Origin: Candidatus Jordarchaeales archaeon
Lineage (GTDB): Archaea > Asgardarchaeota > Jordiarchaeia > Jordiarchaeales > Freyrarchaeaceae
Assembly: GCA_038889235.1 (NCBI GenBank)
Contig: JAWAHN010000003.1
Coordinates: 113,703-145,702, forward strand
Length of the DNA: 32,000 nucleotides
Direction: 5' to 3'
Below the pieces are notes generated by a model that did no database searches, was not told the origin of the DNA, and saw only the letters and a program-made list of their open reading frames with translations. Below are positions 16,033 through 25,625 of the stretch, in pieces. Every line of letters begins with the position of its first letter. Within the stretch, counting starts at the first letter, position 1. A program made the translations under genes and the position numbers.

Positions 16033-16384
16033 CGGAGCTCACCGCCATAAAATCGGAGGCGACGAGAAATAAAGATTCCTAGAGGTTTTAGGAGCCGGAT
16101 CCTTGACCGCCGCGATGTACAGATTCGCCGTCAACATGCCGAGAAACCTTTTTCACAGTCACCACGGCTACACCAGGAGACGGGCAACAAGAGAAGGGCA
16201 CAATGCCCTTCAGAGTTGCGTTTCCACGCCAATACCCCCCTTCACGACCCCTGCTATCCGGGGGAGCATAAAACCAGAGGGATTATCCAACCACTTAACC
16301 GGGCAGATTGCCGCCTTAACAAGTGACAGGTGGTTGTCCACGGGTAGAAAGGAATGAGCGTCTTCGATGAAATGGTGGACGCGT

Positions 16385-18037
16385 CTAGCCTAGCACCGCT
16401 CCTGAACTAGCTGACGAAACGCTTTTCAGGTACCTTTTAAGGTAGCCTTTCTTCGCATGCTCCGGCGGGCTCCAGCTCCACTTCTTGCGCCGCTCTTCAA
16501 GCTCCTCGCGTGGCAGCAAGACGTCTAGCCTCCTGTTTGGTAGGTCTATTCTGACTATGTCGCCGTCCCTTAGTAGAGCTATTGGTCCGCCCTCAGCTGC
16601 CTCCGGTGATATGTGGCCGACACTTATGCCTCTCGTAGCCCCCGAGAAGCGCCCGTCTGTGAGCAGTGCTACTTTTTCGCCCAGCCCCATGCCCGAAACA
16701 GCGGCAGTAACAGACAACATTTCCCTCATACCTGGACCGCCACGCGGCCCCTCATACCTTATCACCAGTATGTCTCCTTCCTCTATTCCTCCGCTCATTA
16801 CAGCCTTCATGCAGGGCTCCTCTCCATCGAACACTTTGACTGGCCCCTCCATGACAACATTCTCGTTCTTCAAGCCTGACAACTTTATCACACTTCCTCC
16901 GGGGGCCAGTGTTCCCTTGAGAATCGCTATCGCTCCATGCGCCCGGACGGGGCTACTAGCAGGCCTTATGACGTCCCTTCTTAGGACGTGCGCTTTATCA
17001 ACGGAGTCTCTCAGGGTGCCGTAGACTGTTCTGGCGTCAAGGTTCACGTGGCCCTTTAGCTCTAAGAGCAGTGCTGGTATTCCACCGGCTTCTTCTAAGT
17101 CCTCCATCGTGTGGCTTCCTCCTGGGACAAGCGTGCACAGCTGGGGTGTCGACCTACTCACCTCCTCGAAGACGTCGATCTCAAGTTTCACGCCGGCTTC
17201 CGCGGCTATCGCTGGGAGGTGTAGGACGGTGTTCGTTGAGCCGCCGAGGGCCACGTCAACTGCTATAGCGTTTCTGAACGCTTCCTCGCTCATCACGTCC
17301 CTCGGTTTGACATCCTCCTTTACTAGTTTGACGGCTAGCCTGCCGGTCTCGACAGCTATGCGCTCCTTCTTTGCTGAGCAGGCTGAGGCTGTTGCGCAGC
17401 CCGGGAGGGACATTCCGAGAGCCTCTGTTAGGCATGCCATCGTGTTGGCTGTGAACAAGCCGTTGCACGACCCAGCCCCCGGGCATGCGACGTCCTCCAT
17501 CGCCTTGAGCTCTTCGATCGCAAGTTCCCCTCTCTTAAAACGCCCCACAGCCTCGAACATGCTCGCAACGCCTATTCTTTGCCCCTTGTAGACGCCTGAA
17601 GGCATCGGTCCCCCCGTCAGTACAACTGAGGGTATGTTCACCCTAGCCGCGGCCATAAGCATGCCCGGCGTGATCTTGTCGCAGTTCGTTATGAGCACCA
17701 TCCCGTCAAACCTGTGTGCTTCGACAACGAGCTCCACGGAGTCGGCTATGACTTCCCTTGACGGGAGCGAGTAGCGCATGCCGGCGTGCCCCATGGCTAT
17801 TCCGTCGCATATAGCTATGGTGTTAACTTCGAATGGTACGCCTCCCGCGGCTCTCACGCCCATCTTAACGAGCTCAGCCAGCCTCTTCAAGTGGATGTGT
17901 CCCGGAACTATCTCGCTGTAACTGTTGACCACAGCTATGAACGGCTTTTCGAGGTCTTCATCCGTCACGCCGAGCGCTTTGAGAAGCGCTCTATGAGGGG
18001 CTCTCTCGACGCCCCTTTTAACCTCCTCGCTTCTCAA
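16385..18037 (-). CDS. ilvD: Dihydroxy-acid dehydratase
   Basis: [75 protein letters not shown] and TDGRFSGAT motifs. TTG at 18037 is preferred (GGAGG SD); the track gives 18046. Confidence 0.96.
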   Translation of the reverse strand: MRSEEVKRGVERAPHRALLKALGVTDEDLEKPFIAVVNSYSEIVPGHIHLKRLAELVKMGVRAAGGVPFEVNTIAICDGIAMGHAGMRYSLPSREVIADSVELVVEAHRFDGMVLITNCDKITPGMLMAAARVNIPSVVLTGGPMPSGVYKGQRIGVASMFEAVGRFKRGELAIEELKAMEDVACPGAGSCNGLFTANTMACLTEALGMSLPGCATASACSAKKERIAVETGRLAVKLVKEDVKPRDVMSEEAFRNAIAVDVALGGSTNTVLHLPAIAAEAGVKLEIDVFEEVSRSTPQLCTLVPGGSHTMEDLEEAGGIPALLLELKGHVNLDARTVYGTLRDSVDKAHVLRRDVIRPASSPVRAHGAIAILKGTLAPGGSVIKLSGLKNENVVMEGPVKVFDGEEPCMKAVMSGGIEEGDILVIRYEGPRGGPGMREMLSVTAAVSGMGLGEKVALLTDGRFSGATRGISVGHISPEAAEGGPIALLRDGDIVRIDLPNRRLDVLLPREELEERRKKWSWSPPEHAKKGYLKRYLKSVSSASSGAVLG

Positions 18038-18088
18038 ACACGACAACCTCCCGAAGGGTAAAAAGAGGGTGAGACGCGTGGAGGGTGG

Positions 18089-19075
18089 CTATTTCTCTAT
18101 CCCGGCTAGCTTTCTCAGGTTTTTCCCGACGACTTCTATTTGGTGGCTCGCCATTTTTTCCATTAACTCTTTGAGCTTCTTCTGCCCCGACCTGTACTCT
18201 TCAACCCACTCCTTGGTGAAGGATCCATCTTTAACCCTTTTCGCCGCCTTCTTCATGTTCTTTTTGACTCTGTCGTCTATCACTTTTGGCCCGACGGTTA
18301 GCCCACCATACTTGGCTGTGTCGCTGACAGCCATCAGCATTCCCGTTATGCCGCCCCTGTATATCATGTCCATTATTAGCTTCGCCTCGTTGAGCACCTC
18401 GAAGTATGCAACCTCCGGCTGGTATCCTTCCTCGACTAGGACCTCGAAGCCCTTCTTTATGAGCTCCATAAGTCCCCCGACGAGGACGCACTGCTCACCT
18501 ATGAGGTCTGTTTCAACCTCCTCCTTGAAAGTTGTCTCTATTGCTCCCGCCCTCGTCGCTCCTATCGCCTTAGCTATTGCTAGGGCTACCTTCATGGCGT
18601 TTCCGGTGTAGTCCTGGTGGACTGCGACCAGTGCTGGCGCCCCGAACCCTTGAAGGTAGAGCTCTCTAACCATGGCGCCCGGGCTCTTGGGGGCTACCAT
18701 GAAGACGTCAACTGTTCTTGGCGGTTTTATTAACCCATAGTAGATGTTGAAGGCGTGGGCAAACCCTAAGGCGGCTCCTTCTTTAAGGTTTGGCGCCACG
18801 TGCTTCTCGTAGACTTCCGGTTGAGCCATGTCGGGGATGAGCATTAAGATTATGTCGGCTCTCCTGACGGCGTCGCTTATTTCGAAAACTTTGAACCCGT
18901 CTGCCGAAGCGGCTTCCCAGGACTTTCCCTTCCTGAGCCCGATTATCACGTTGACGCCACTGTCTCTCAGGTTTAGCGCTTGGGCTCTACCCTGACTCCC
19001 GTAGCCTACTACCGCCACGGTTCGCCCGTCGAGTATTGAGGAGTCGACATCCTTATCCTTGAATATTTTAGCCAT
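18089..19075 (-). CDS. ilvC: Ketol-acid reductoisomerase
   Basis: [52 protein letters not shown] and VSDTAKYG motifs. Confidence 0.97.
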   Translation of the reverse strand: MAKIFKDKDVDSSILDGRTVAVVGYGSQGRAQALNLRDSGVNVIIGLRKGKSWEAASADGFKVFEISDAVRRADIILMLIPDMAQPEVYEKHVAPNLKEGAALGFAHAFNIYYGLIKPPRTVDVFMVAPKSPGAMVRELYLQGFGAPALVAVHQDYTGNAMKVALAIAKAIGATRAGAIETTFKEEVETDLIGEQCVLVGGLMELIKKGFEVLVEEGYQPEVAYFEVLNEAKLIMDMIYRGGITGMLMAVSDTAKYGGLTVGPKVIDDRVKKNMKKAAKRVKDGSFTKEWVEEYRSGQKKLKELMEKMASHQIEVVGKNLRKLAGIEK

Positions 19076-19598
19076 TTATACCGACCCCTTTAATTGTGGG
19101 CTCAGCGCCCTTAATGACGGCGGTTATCCCAGTCCTCGCAATCTCAATGATGTTTACTTTTCCTATCTCTCTTATGAAGCTGTCTATTTTTTCGGGTGTC
19201 TCGACGAGCTCGACTGTGACAGTTCTTGGTGTTATGTCTAGTATGTGTCCTCTGTAGCGGCTGATCTTGTCGATTATCTCTGTTTGAAGCCCGTTGTTTG
19301 GCAACGCCACTTTTATGAGGGCGAGCTCCCTCACCACCATGTCGTCCGGTTTAAGGGCAACTATGCTTATCACTTCCACGAGCTTGTCCAGCTGGTAGAT
19401 CACCTGTCTCAGCTCCTGCTCGTTACCGTAAATGGTGAAGGTCATCCGCGATATACCTTCATACTCAGTTGACCCAACGGTTATAGTCGCTATGTTGAAG
19501 TTCCTTCTCCTTATCAGGCTAGTGACCTTGAAGAGCACGCCTGGCTTGTCCTCGACCAGTGTAACTATCACGTGCATCCTATCTTTCTCGCTACTCAT
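19068..19598 (-). CDS. ilvH: Acetolactate synthase small (regulatory) subunit
   Basis: [34 protein letters not shown] and EIARTG motifs; overlaps ilvB and ilvC by 8 nt each. Confidence 0.93.
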   Translation of the reverse strand: MSSEKDRMHVIVTLVEDKPGVLFKVTSLIRRRNFNIATITVGSTEYEGISRMTFTIYGNEQELRQVIYQLDKLVEVISIVALKPDDMVVRELALIKVALPNNGLQTEIIDKISRYRGHILDITPRTVTVELVETPEKIDSFIREIGKVNIIEIARTGITAVIKGAEPTIKGVGING

Positions 19599-21273
19599 GG
19601 AGGATCACCTCTTTCAAGCTCTTCCCCGGAGGCACGAACGGGAACACTTTCTCGTCAGGTGAAATCTTCACGTCAATTATGGATGTGACGTCGCTCGCCA
19701 GGCTTTCTTTCACAGCTTTCTCGAAGTCGTCGTACGACTGCACCGTGAAACCTTGGGCTCCATGTATTTCGGCGAACTTAGCGAAGTCGGGGTTTCCTCT
19801 CAGGTTGGTTGCCATGTACCTCTTACCGTAGAAGAGGGATTGCCACTGTCTAACCATACCGAGCCATCCGTTGTTGAGTATTATCGTTATAACGGGCAGG
19901 TCCTCGGCCATCGACGTTACAAGCTCCTGGCTTGTCATCATGAAGCCCCCATCGCCGTCTATGTCTACGACCACTTTGTCTGGGGCTGCCGCCCTAGCGC
20001 CGACAGCCGCTGGGAGCCCGAAGCCCATGGCGCCTAAGCCACCTGAAGTTATAAATGTTCGGGGGTGGTAGACGTCGAAGAAGAGCGCCGCCCACATCTG
20101 GTTTTGACCTACACCCGTCGTAATTATGGCGTCCTCGGGGAGCATTTTTCTCAGCATTTTCATCAGCATTCCAGGCTTGAGGTCGCCTTCCAGGTCGTAA
20201 ACTGACTTGGCCTCCTCTTTCACCTCTTCGACTCTTTTAACCCACTCGGTTCTACCATTCTTCGCAATCTTCTTCTTGGCTTCCTCCAGTATCCTTCTGA
20301 GGCCTATCTTGGCGTCGCATATAACTGGTATATGGGCTGGCACGTTCTTCGATATCTCTGACGGGTCTATGTCGACGTGTATTACTACAGCGTTCTTAGC
20401 GAACTCGTCGAAGCGGCCGGTAGACCTATCGGAGAACCTAGTCCCAACGGCCAGTATCACGTCTGCCTCCGTGACTATCTTGTTCGCCTCATACCTCCCG
20501 TGCATTCCTATCATTCCGAGGCAGAGGGGGTGGTTTTCAGGCATAGCCCCCTTACCCATGAGCGTGGTGACAACGGGGATCATTAGCTGCTCTGAGAGGG
20601 CGCACAGCTCCTGGCTGGCGTTCGAACGTATAACTCCCCCGCCGGCAATTATGACGGGTTTTTCAGCATTCATGAGGGCCTCGACGGCGCGCCTCACTTG
20701 AAGCATGTCAGGCTCCACCTTCACGTTGTATCCCAGCAGCTCCACCTTTTCCGGAAACTCCATTTCACACTCCTCTGTCTGGACGTCCCTTGGGAGGTCT
20801 ATAAGCACAGGCCCCGGCCTCCCCGTCGACGCTATGTGGAACGCTGCTTTAACAGCCTTAGGGACTTCTCTAGCGCGCCTGGGCTGGAATGTTTCCTTGG
20901 TTATCGGGGTCACTATTCCAACTATGTCAGCTTCCTGAAAGGCGTCTCTCCCTATCATATAAGTTGGAACCTGCCCTGTTATGGTGAGCATGGGCGAGCT
21001 GTCCATGTACGCGACAGCGATACCCGTAACGGTGTTTGTTGCCCCAGGGCCTGAGGTAACCATGCAGACTCCAACTCTACCGCTGACCCTTGCGTAGGCG
21101 TCAGCCATGTGGGCTGCTCCCTGCTCGTGTCTCGCTAGGATGTGCCTTATGGCGCCATCGTTATACAGGACGTCGTACACGGGGAGTATTGCGCCCCCCG
21201 GGAGCCCGAACACTATCTTAACATTTTCTTTCTTGAGTGCTTCTACGAGGGCCTTCGCTCCGCTCATCTTCAT
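19591..21273 (-). CDS. ilvB: Acetolactate synthase large (catalytic) subunit
   Basis: MSGAKALVEAL, FGLPGGAILP, RHEQGAAHMADAYAR, TSGPGATN, TGVGQNQMW, SGGLGAMGFGLPAA and the TPP motif GDGG..NN-x-x-LGMVRQWQ. ATG at 21273 with GGAGG SD; the track ORF to 21405 overlaps cimA. Confidence 0.96.
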   Translation of the reverse strand: MKMSGAKALVEALKKENVKIVFGLPGGAILPVYDVLYNDGAIRHILARHEQGAAHMADAYARVSGRVGVCMVTSGPGATNTVTGIAVAYMDSSPMLTITGQVPTYMIGRDAFQEADIVGIVTPITKETFQPRRAREVPKAVKAAFHIASTGRPGPVLIDLPRDVQTEECEMEFPEKVELLGYNVKVEPDMLQVRRAVEALMNAEKPVIIAGGGVIRSNASQELCALSEQLMIPVVTTLMGKGAMPENHPLCLGMIGMHGRYEANKIVTEADVILAVGTRFSDRSTGRFDEFAKNAVVIHVDIDPSEISKNVPAHIPVICDAKIGLRRILEEAKKKIAKNGRTEWVKRVEEVKEEAKSVYDLEGDLKPGMLMKMLRKMLPEDAIITTGVGQNQMWAALFFDVYHPRTFITSGGLGAMGFGLPAAVGARAAAPDKVVVDIDGDGGFMMTSQELVTSMAEDLPVITIILNNGWLGMVRQWQSLFYGKRYMATNLRGNPDFAKFAEIHGAQGFTVQSYDDFEKAVKESLASDVTSIIDVKISPDEKVFPFVPPGKSLKEVILHE

Positions 21274-21290
21274 CTTTCTCAACCCTCCAC

Positions 21291-22895
21291 TTACGCGGCT
21301 CGTTTCAGGCTGGCTCTCCTCTTGTGAATGTAGTAGTAGTAACCGTCGAGGAGCGCCTCCTTCGTGGCTTTCAAAATGTTGGGCGATACTCCAACTGTAG
21401 CCCAAGTTTCCTGGCCGTCGGTGAACTCTATGTAGACGCGTACGGTCGCCCCGGTCCCTGTCTTGTCCTCCACTCTGGGTTTCACGTCGACGGTAGTGAC
21501 TTTGTAGTTTATAAGGCGAACTTTCTCGATCTCCGGGTATGTTTCCACGAGCGCTTTCCTGATAGCCATGTCCTGCGCGTGGACCGGGCCCTCACCTTCA
21601 GATATCTCGTGGAAGACTTTGTCGCCGACTTTGACTCTGACTGTGCTCTCGGAAATGACTTCGCCGTCCTTGCCTTCAACTAGCGTTCGCCAGGATAGGA
21701 GCTTGAACAAGTTCACCTTTAATCCGACTTCCTCTAGCAGCATCATGTAAAACGTCCCATTCGCGTTCTCAAGCTGGTAGCCCATGCTCTCAAGCTGTTT
21801 AACGCGGCTAAGGAGGCGGGCGGCTTCCTCAGAGTCTCTTTCGATCTCAAACCCGAGCTCTCTGGCCTTAGCAACTACGGCGGCCCTGCCAGCGACCTCC
21901 GAGAGCGCTATGATCCTCATATTCCCCACGGATGCCGGGTCGACGTGCTCGTAGCTCCTCTCAACTTTCAGCACAGCGTCTATGTGCACGCCACCCTTGT
22001 GCGCGAAAGCATACTTGCCAACGTACGGCTGGTACGGGTTCGGCTTAATGTTCGTCAGCTCGTACACGTAGCTCGAAACTTCGCTTATCTTCTTAAGCGG
22101 ACCCGAGATGGCCTTTATGCCCATTTTCAACTCCAGTGTCGGTATGATCTGGCAGAGGTCGGCGTTCCCACACCGCTCCCCTATACCGTTGAACGTCCCC
22201 TGAACCTGAAAGACGCCCTCCTTGACTGCAAGGAGACTGTTGGCTACAGCTACCCCGGTATCGTTATGACAGTGTACGCCGAGAGGCACAGTAAACCGCT
22301 TAGCGACCTCGCGTGTTATCTCGATGAACTCCCAGGGAAGCGTGCCGCCGTTCGTGTCACAGAGCACCACGCGGGACGCGCCGGCGCTAACAGCTGTTTC
22401 CACCACTTTCAACGCGTACTCCCTGTTGGCTTTAAAGCCATCGTAGAAGTGTTCTGCGTCGAAGATAACCTTCAACCCGTGCTCCCTAAGGTATTCTATG
22501 GAGTCTGCGACCATCTCTATGTTCTCCTCAAGCGAGGCGCTCAACACGTGTGTGACGTGCAGGTCCCAAGACTTCCCGAAAATAGTGGCCCACTCCACAT
22601 CTGACTCCACTATGGACTGGAGGCTCTCATCCCTGTGCGCTGGGACACCCTTCCTTCTAGTGCTGCCGAAAGCCACAATCTTAGAACAAGAGAGGGATAT
22701 GTCTTTTACGGCTTTAAAATACTCCTTGTCTTTTGGATTAGAACTAGGCCACCCCCCTTCTATGAAGGGGATTCCGAGTTCATCGAGTTTTGCTGTTATT
22801 CGCAGCTTATCCTGGAGCGAGAAGGTGACCTCGCAGGCCTGTGCTCCTTCACGGAGCGTAGCGTCGTAGATCTCGACCCTCCTGAATTTGGCAAT
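21291..22895 (-). CDS. cimA: Citramalate synthase (LeuA/CimA family, DRE-TIM + regulatory domain); start codon non-canonical or frameshifted
   Basis: Manual translation upstream of the track start (22676) gives in-frame VEIYDATLREGAQ..FSLQDKLRITAKLDELGIPFIEGGWP-x-SNPKD..AFGSTRR. Also DAEHFYDG, CDTNGG, HCHND, GERCGNA, FAHKGGVH and EGEGPVHA-x-D-x-A-x-RKAL. The frame is open back to TGA at 22899-22901; from ATT at 22895 the protein is 534 aa. Confidence 0.85.
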   Translation of the reverse strand: MAKFRRVEIYDATLREGAQACEVTFSLQDKLRITAKLDELGIPFIEGGWPSSNPKDKEYFKAVKDISLSCSKIVAFGSTRRKGVPAHRDESLQSIVESDVEWATIFGKSWDLHVTHVLSASLEENIEMVADSIEYLREHGLKVIFDAEHFYDGFKANREYALKVVETAVSAGASRVVLCDTNGGTLPWEFIEITREVAKRFTVPLGVHCHNDTGVAVANSLLAVKEGVFQVQGTFNGIGERCGNADLCQIIPTLELKMGIKAISGPLKKISEVSSYVYELTNIKPNPYQPYVGKYAFAHKGGVHIDAVLKVERSYEHVDPASVGNMRIIALSEVAGRAAVVAKARELGFEIERDSEEAARLLSRVKQLESMGYQLENANGTFYMMLLEEVGLKVNLFKLLSWRTLVEGKDGEVISESTVRVKVGDKVFHEISEGEGPVHAQDMAIRKALVETYPEIEKVRLINYKVTTVDVKPRVEDKTGTGATVRVYIEFTDGQETWATVGVSPNILKATKEALLDGYYYYIHKRRASLKRAA

Positions 22896-22945
22896 CCCTC
22901 ACTTCCGACACCCTTTAAACCATTGTCAAGACTAGAATAGCGGAT

Positions 22946-22960
22946 TATTTATAAGTCTTT
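22946..22960 (-). promoter_or_regulatory. BRE/TATA promoter of the cimA-ilv operon
   Basis: On the minus strand, AAAGAC-TTATAAATA (22960-22946); predicted TSS about 22922-22925. Confidence 0.55.
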
Positions 22961-23099
22961 CGTACCCTCTCCTGAGACTAAGTGTGCTTCCACGGTAAAG
23001 GGGGTCCGGACTGACGGCAACATGCAACGCTTGGCCTGCTTTATGTGGCAAGGGAAAACTTAAAGGAGTGGTGAAGCCGAGTTATAAGGGGTTTTAGCT

Positions 23100-24566
23100 T
23101 TGGCGGAAAGGAGTGGTGCTGTGAAGGCTGCCCTTAGCTCGGTCACAGCGGCATTATTCCTCGTCTCGTTGAAGCTCGCCATAGGGTGGATTTCAGGCAG
23201 CCTAGGCGTGCTTTCTGAAGCCATCCACTCCGGGCTGGATTTGGCTGCAGCAGCTATCACTTTTCTCGCAGTCAGAGCTGCAAGTAAGCCTGCCGATGTT
23301 GACCACCACTATGGGCACGGCAAGATCGAGAACCTCTCCGCGCTGGTTGAGATAGGTCTCCTCTTTGTGGCTTGCAGTTGGATAATCTACGAGGCGGTTG
23401 ACAGGATTCTTTCAGACGAGTTTGTGATCGAGGTAAGCTTGTGGACCTTTCTCGTTATGGCGGTCTCCATCGTTGTCGACTTTTCACGCTCCCGCGTTCT
23501 GTACAGGGCTGCCATGAAATACGGTAGCCAAGCCCTTGAAGCCGACGCGCTCCACTTCAGCACGGACATGCTGAGCTCATCTGTAGTTATCGCGGGCTTA
23601 GCGCTCGTCTGGCTCTATGAGAGGGGGCTAGGCATACCTCTAAAATACCTCGACTACACGGCCTTTTACCCGTTGGTGAAGATGGTTAGTTCTAGCCCGC
23701 TGCGCCACGCCGACTCCGTCGCCGCGCTTCTCGTATCCCTCATGGTGCTTCTCACAGCCTTTAGGCTTGGAAAAAGGGCGGTGGACGCTCTTCTAGATAG
23801 AGCGCCCACAAGGGTTCGTGAGCTTGTGGAAGAAGCTGTGCTAAGCGTGGATGCTGTTAAGGAGTGCAGGAGGGTTAGGGTGAGAGCTGTTGGGCCAACA
23901 CACTTCGTCGACGTTGTCCTAGCAGTCGACCCGTCATGCCCCCTAGCGAAAACACACGAGGTAGCTTCAAGAGTTGAAAGCAGGATTCTGAGCGTGCTGC
24001 CGGGGGCAGACGTCATGGTTCACGTTGAGCCGGCTGAAATTGACGGGGACATTGCTGAGAGAGTCAAAAAGATTGCTTTCTCAAGTGGGTTTGAAGTCCA
24101 CGACGTTCACGTCCACGAGGTGGGCGAGGCGCTCAGCGTGGACCTACACTTAGAGGTCCCTTCATGGATGAACCTCGAGAAGGCGCACGAAGTGGCGGAC
24201 AGGCTGGAGAAAGAGATACAGGCGCGCGTCGAGGAAGTTAGAGAGGTGAACGTCCACATAGAGCCATCCGAGGAGAGAGCGACCAGCTCCACGGACGTCA
24301 AGGGTGATGTGGAACTCGAAGTTAGGGAGGTCGTGGAGCGAATGGTTGGGGAGGGAAGCTGCTGTAAAGTGTCTGTAAGGGAGACCGATGGAAAACTCAA
24401 CATATACGTCGACTGCACGCTTAACGGCTCCACTCCTATAGGGGAGGCGCACAGGCTGGCTGTAGAAGTTGAAAACGAACTTAGGAAAAAGATCCCGAAT
24501 GTTGAGGAAGTTAACGTGCACATGGAGCCCCGGAAGCCACCTGGAGGAGAACGAAGGGATAAGTGA
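23100..24566 (+). CDS. Cation diffusion facilitator (CDF) transporter with three tandem C-terminal dimerisation domains
   Basis: SLGVLSEAIHSGLD, HHYGHGKIENL, SQALEADALHFSTD, then three repeats of the pattern H-x-V-x-V...VD/L-x-L-x-V..AH-x-VA..E...V-x-VH-x-EP. Confidence 0.92.
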   Translation: MAERSGAVKAALSSVTAALFLVSLKLAIGWISGSLGVLSEAIHSGLDLAAAAITFLAVRAASKPADVDHHYGHGKIENLSALVEIGLLFVACSWIIYEAVDRILSDEFVIEVSLWTFLVMAVSIVVDFSRSRVLYRAAMKYGSQALEADALHFSTDMLSSSVVIAGLALVWLYERGLGIPLKYLDYTAFYPLVKMVSSSPLRHADSVAALLVSLMVLLTAFRLGKRAVDALLDRAPTRVRELVEEAVLSVDAVKECRRVRVRAVGPTHFVDVVLAVDPSCPLAKTHEVASRVESRILSVLPGADVMVHVEPAEIDGDIAERVKKIAFSSGFEVHDVHVHEVGEALSVDLHLEVPSWMNLEKAHEVADRLEKEIQARVEEVREVNVHIEPSEERATSSTDVKGDVELEVREVVERMVGEGSCCKVSVRETDGKLNIYVDCTLNGSTPIGEAHRLAVEVENELRKKIPNVEEVNVHMEPRKPPGGERRDK

Positions 24567-24611
24567 AGTATGTGCGGGATCGTAACGCTTTATTCTGAGG
24601 GCGCAGGTAGG

Positions 24612-25625
24612 CTAGTCCTCTATGTGGTCGTAGAACTCGACTGGTTTTAGCTCCGGGAACTCCCCGCTGCTCACCAAGTGTCTTCTTATGTCCAGGCATA
24701 GGTGGCATTTTGACACGTACCCTTCCTCAAGCTCTTTGTACCCATGTTTCCTTCCAAGCTCATAGAGCTCCCTCAGGTCTGAGAGCAGCGCCTTCACCAC
24801 CTGACACTTTTTCAGGCTTAGAGGGCTGCATACCTCGCTCATGTTTCGCGCGTCCCCGAAGGATATCCCGGCGCAGTACCCTGGGATATAGTTGCAGTAG
24901 TTGTCTACGTGAATATGCCAATCCCTTAAAATTTCGCGTCTACACGAGGAGCCGAAGAAGTGTTTCGCAGGGTACTTAACGTAAAGGTCGCCCAGCTTGT
25001 ACGGCGCCCTTCCTGCCGGTATCAGCTCGGCGTAGCGTAGGACGCCGCCTGCCTCCTCGAGGAAGCGCTGGAAGCTCATCGTCCCCCTCAAACCCATAGA
25101 CTTGAAGAGCTCGAAGAACAAGGCCTGGTAGACAATCACGTTTCTACCGAAAACTTCAACCCCAACTCTGACAGCCCTCTCTATTCTCTCGAATGGTACC
25201 GACTCCACTATGAACGGATTGACGCTCACCAGTATCCCCTTCAACCCAGCCCCCTTAAGCTCCTCCATCTTACCCCTCACATCATCGTAGCTCCTGCACC
25301 AAAAACAGTTCGTCTCAACAAAGGTTGAGGGAAGCCCAAGCCTCGACGATGCCTCGACGAGCTCTAAGAGGAGGTCGAACTTGAGAAATGGCTCACCGCC
25401 CGTGAAGTGGAAGCCGTAGTTTATTCCAACTAATTCAGTGTCGGGGTACCTTCCCCTAACTCCCTCAGCAAGCTGGGATAAAACCTTCAAAGCGTCCTCC
25501 TCGGAAATCCAGTCCCCCTTCCAGCGCGGGGAGCAAGCGTACATGCAGTGCCTGCATCTAAGGTTACACTTGTAAGAAAGGAATATGCCACCGGAGAAAG
25601 GCTTGGGGACGCAGGGCTCACTCAC
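24612..25625 (-). CDS. Radical SAM protein of unknown function
   Basis: CNLRCRHC, HFTGGEPFL and VETNCFW motifs, with extra C-terminal Cys residues (CRREIL, YCNYIPGYC, CHLC). GTG at 25625 overlaps the upstream stop by 8 nt; the track gives 25655. Confidence 0.85.
   Translation of the reverse strand: MSEPCVPKPFSGGIFLSYKCNLRCRHCMYACSPRWKGDWISEEDALKVLSQLAEGVRGRYPDTELVGINYGFHFTGGEPFLKFDLLLELVEASSRLGLPSTFVETNCFWCRSYDDVRGKMEELKGAGLKGILVSVNPFIVESVPFERIERAVRVGVEVFGRNVIVYQALFFELFKSMGLRGTMSFQRFLEEAGGVLRYAELIPAGRAPYKLGDLYVKYPAKHFFGSSCRREILRDWHIHVDNYCNYIPGYCAGISFGDARNMSEVCSPLSLKKCQVVKALLSDLRELYELGRKHGYKELEEGYVSKCHLCLDIRRHLVSSGEFPELKPVEFYDHIED

Noticed and set aside
16116-16121. Single TGTACA upstream of lipS2 as a TrpY site
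   Set aside because: It is an isolated hexamer with no partner box. Several are expected by chance in 32 kb.
16103-16357. 84-aa plus-strand ORF in the ilvD-lipS2 spacer
   Set aside because: Atypical composition, no SD and no motif, and opposite to both flanking operons; probably spurious.
22912-22920. TTTAAAG slippery-like heptamer upstream of cimA as a programmed -1 frameshift site
   Set aside because: It is not in the X XXY YYZ phase relative to the upstream ATG, and the cimA frame still has a TGA at 22899-22901 downstream of it.
22635-22940. 101-aa plus-strand ORF (and the 123-aa ORF 22498-22869) apparently filling the gap upstream of cimA
   Set aside because: These are antisense shadows of the true cimA N-terminus, which is encoded on the minus strand there.
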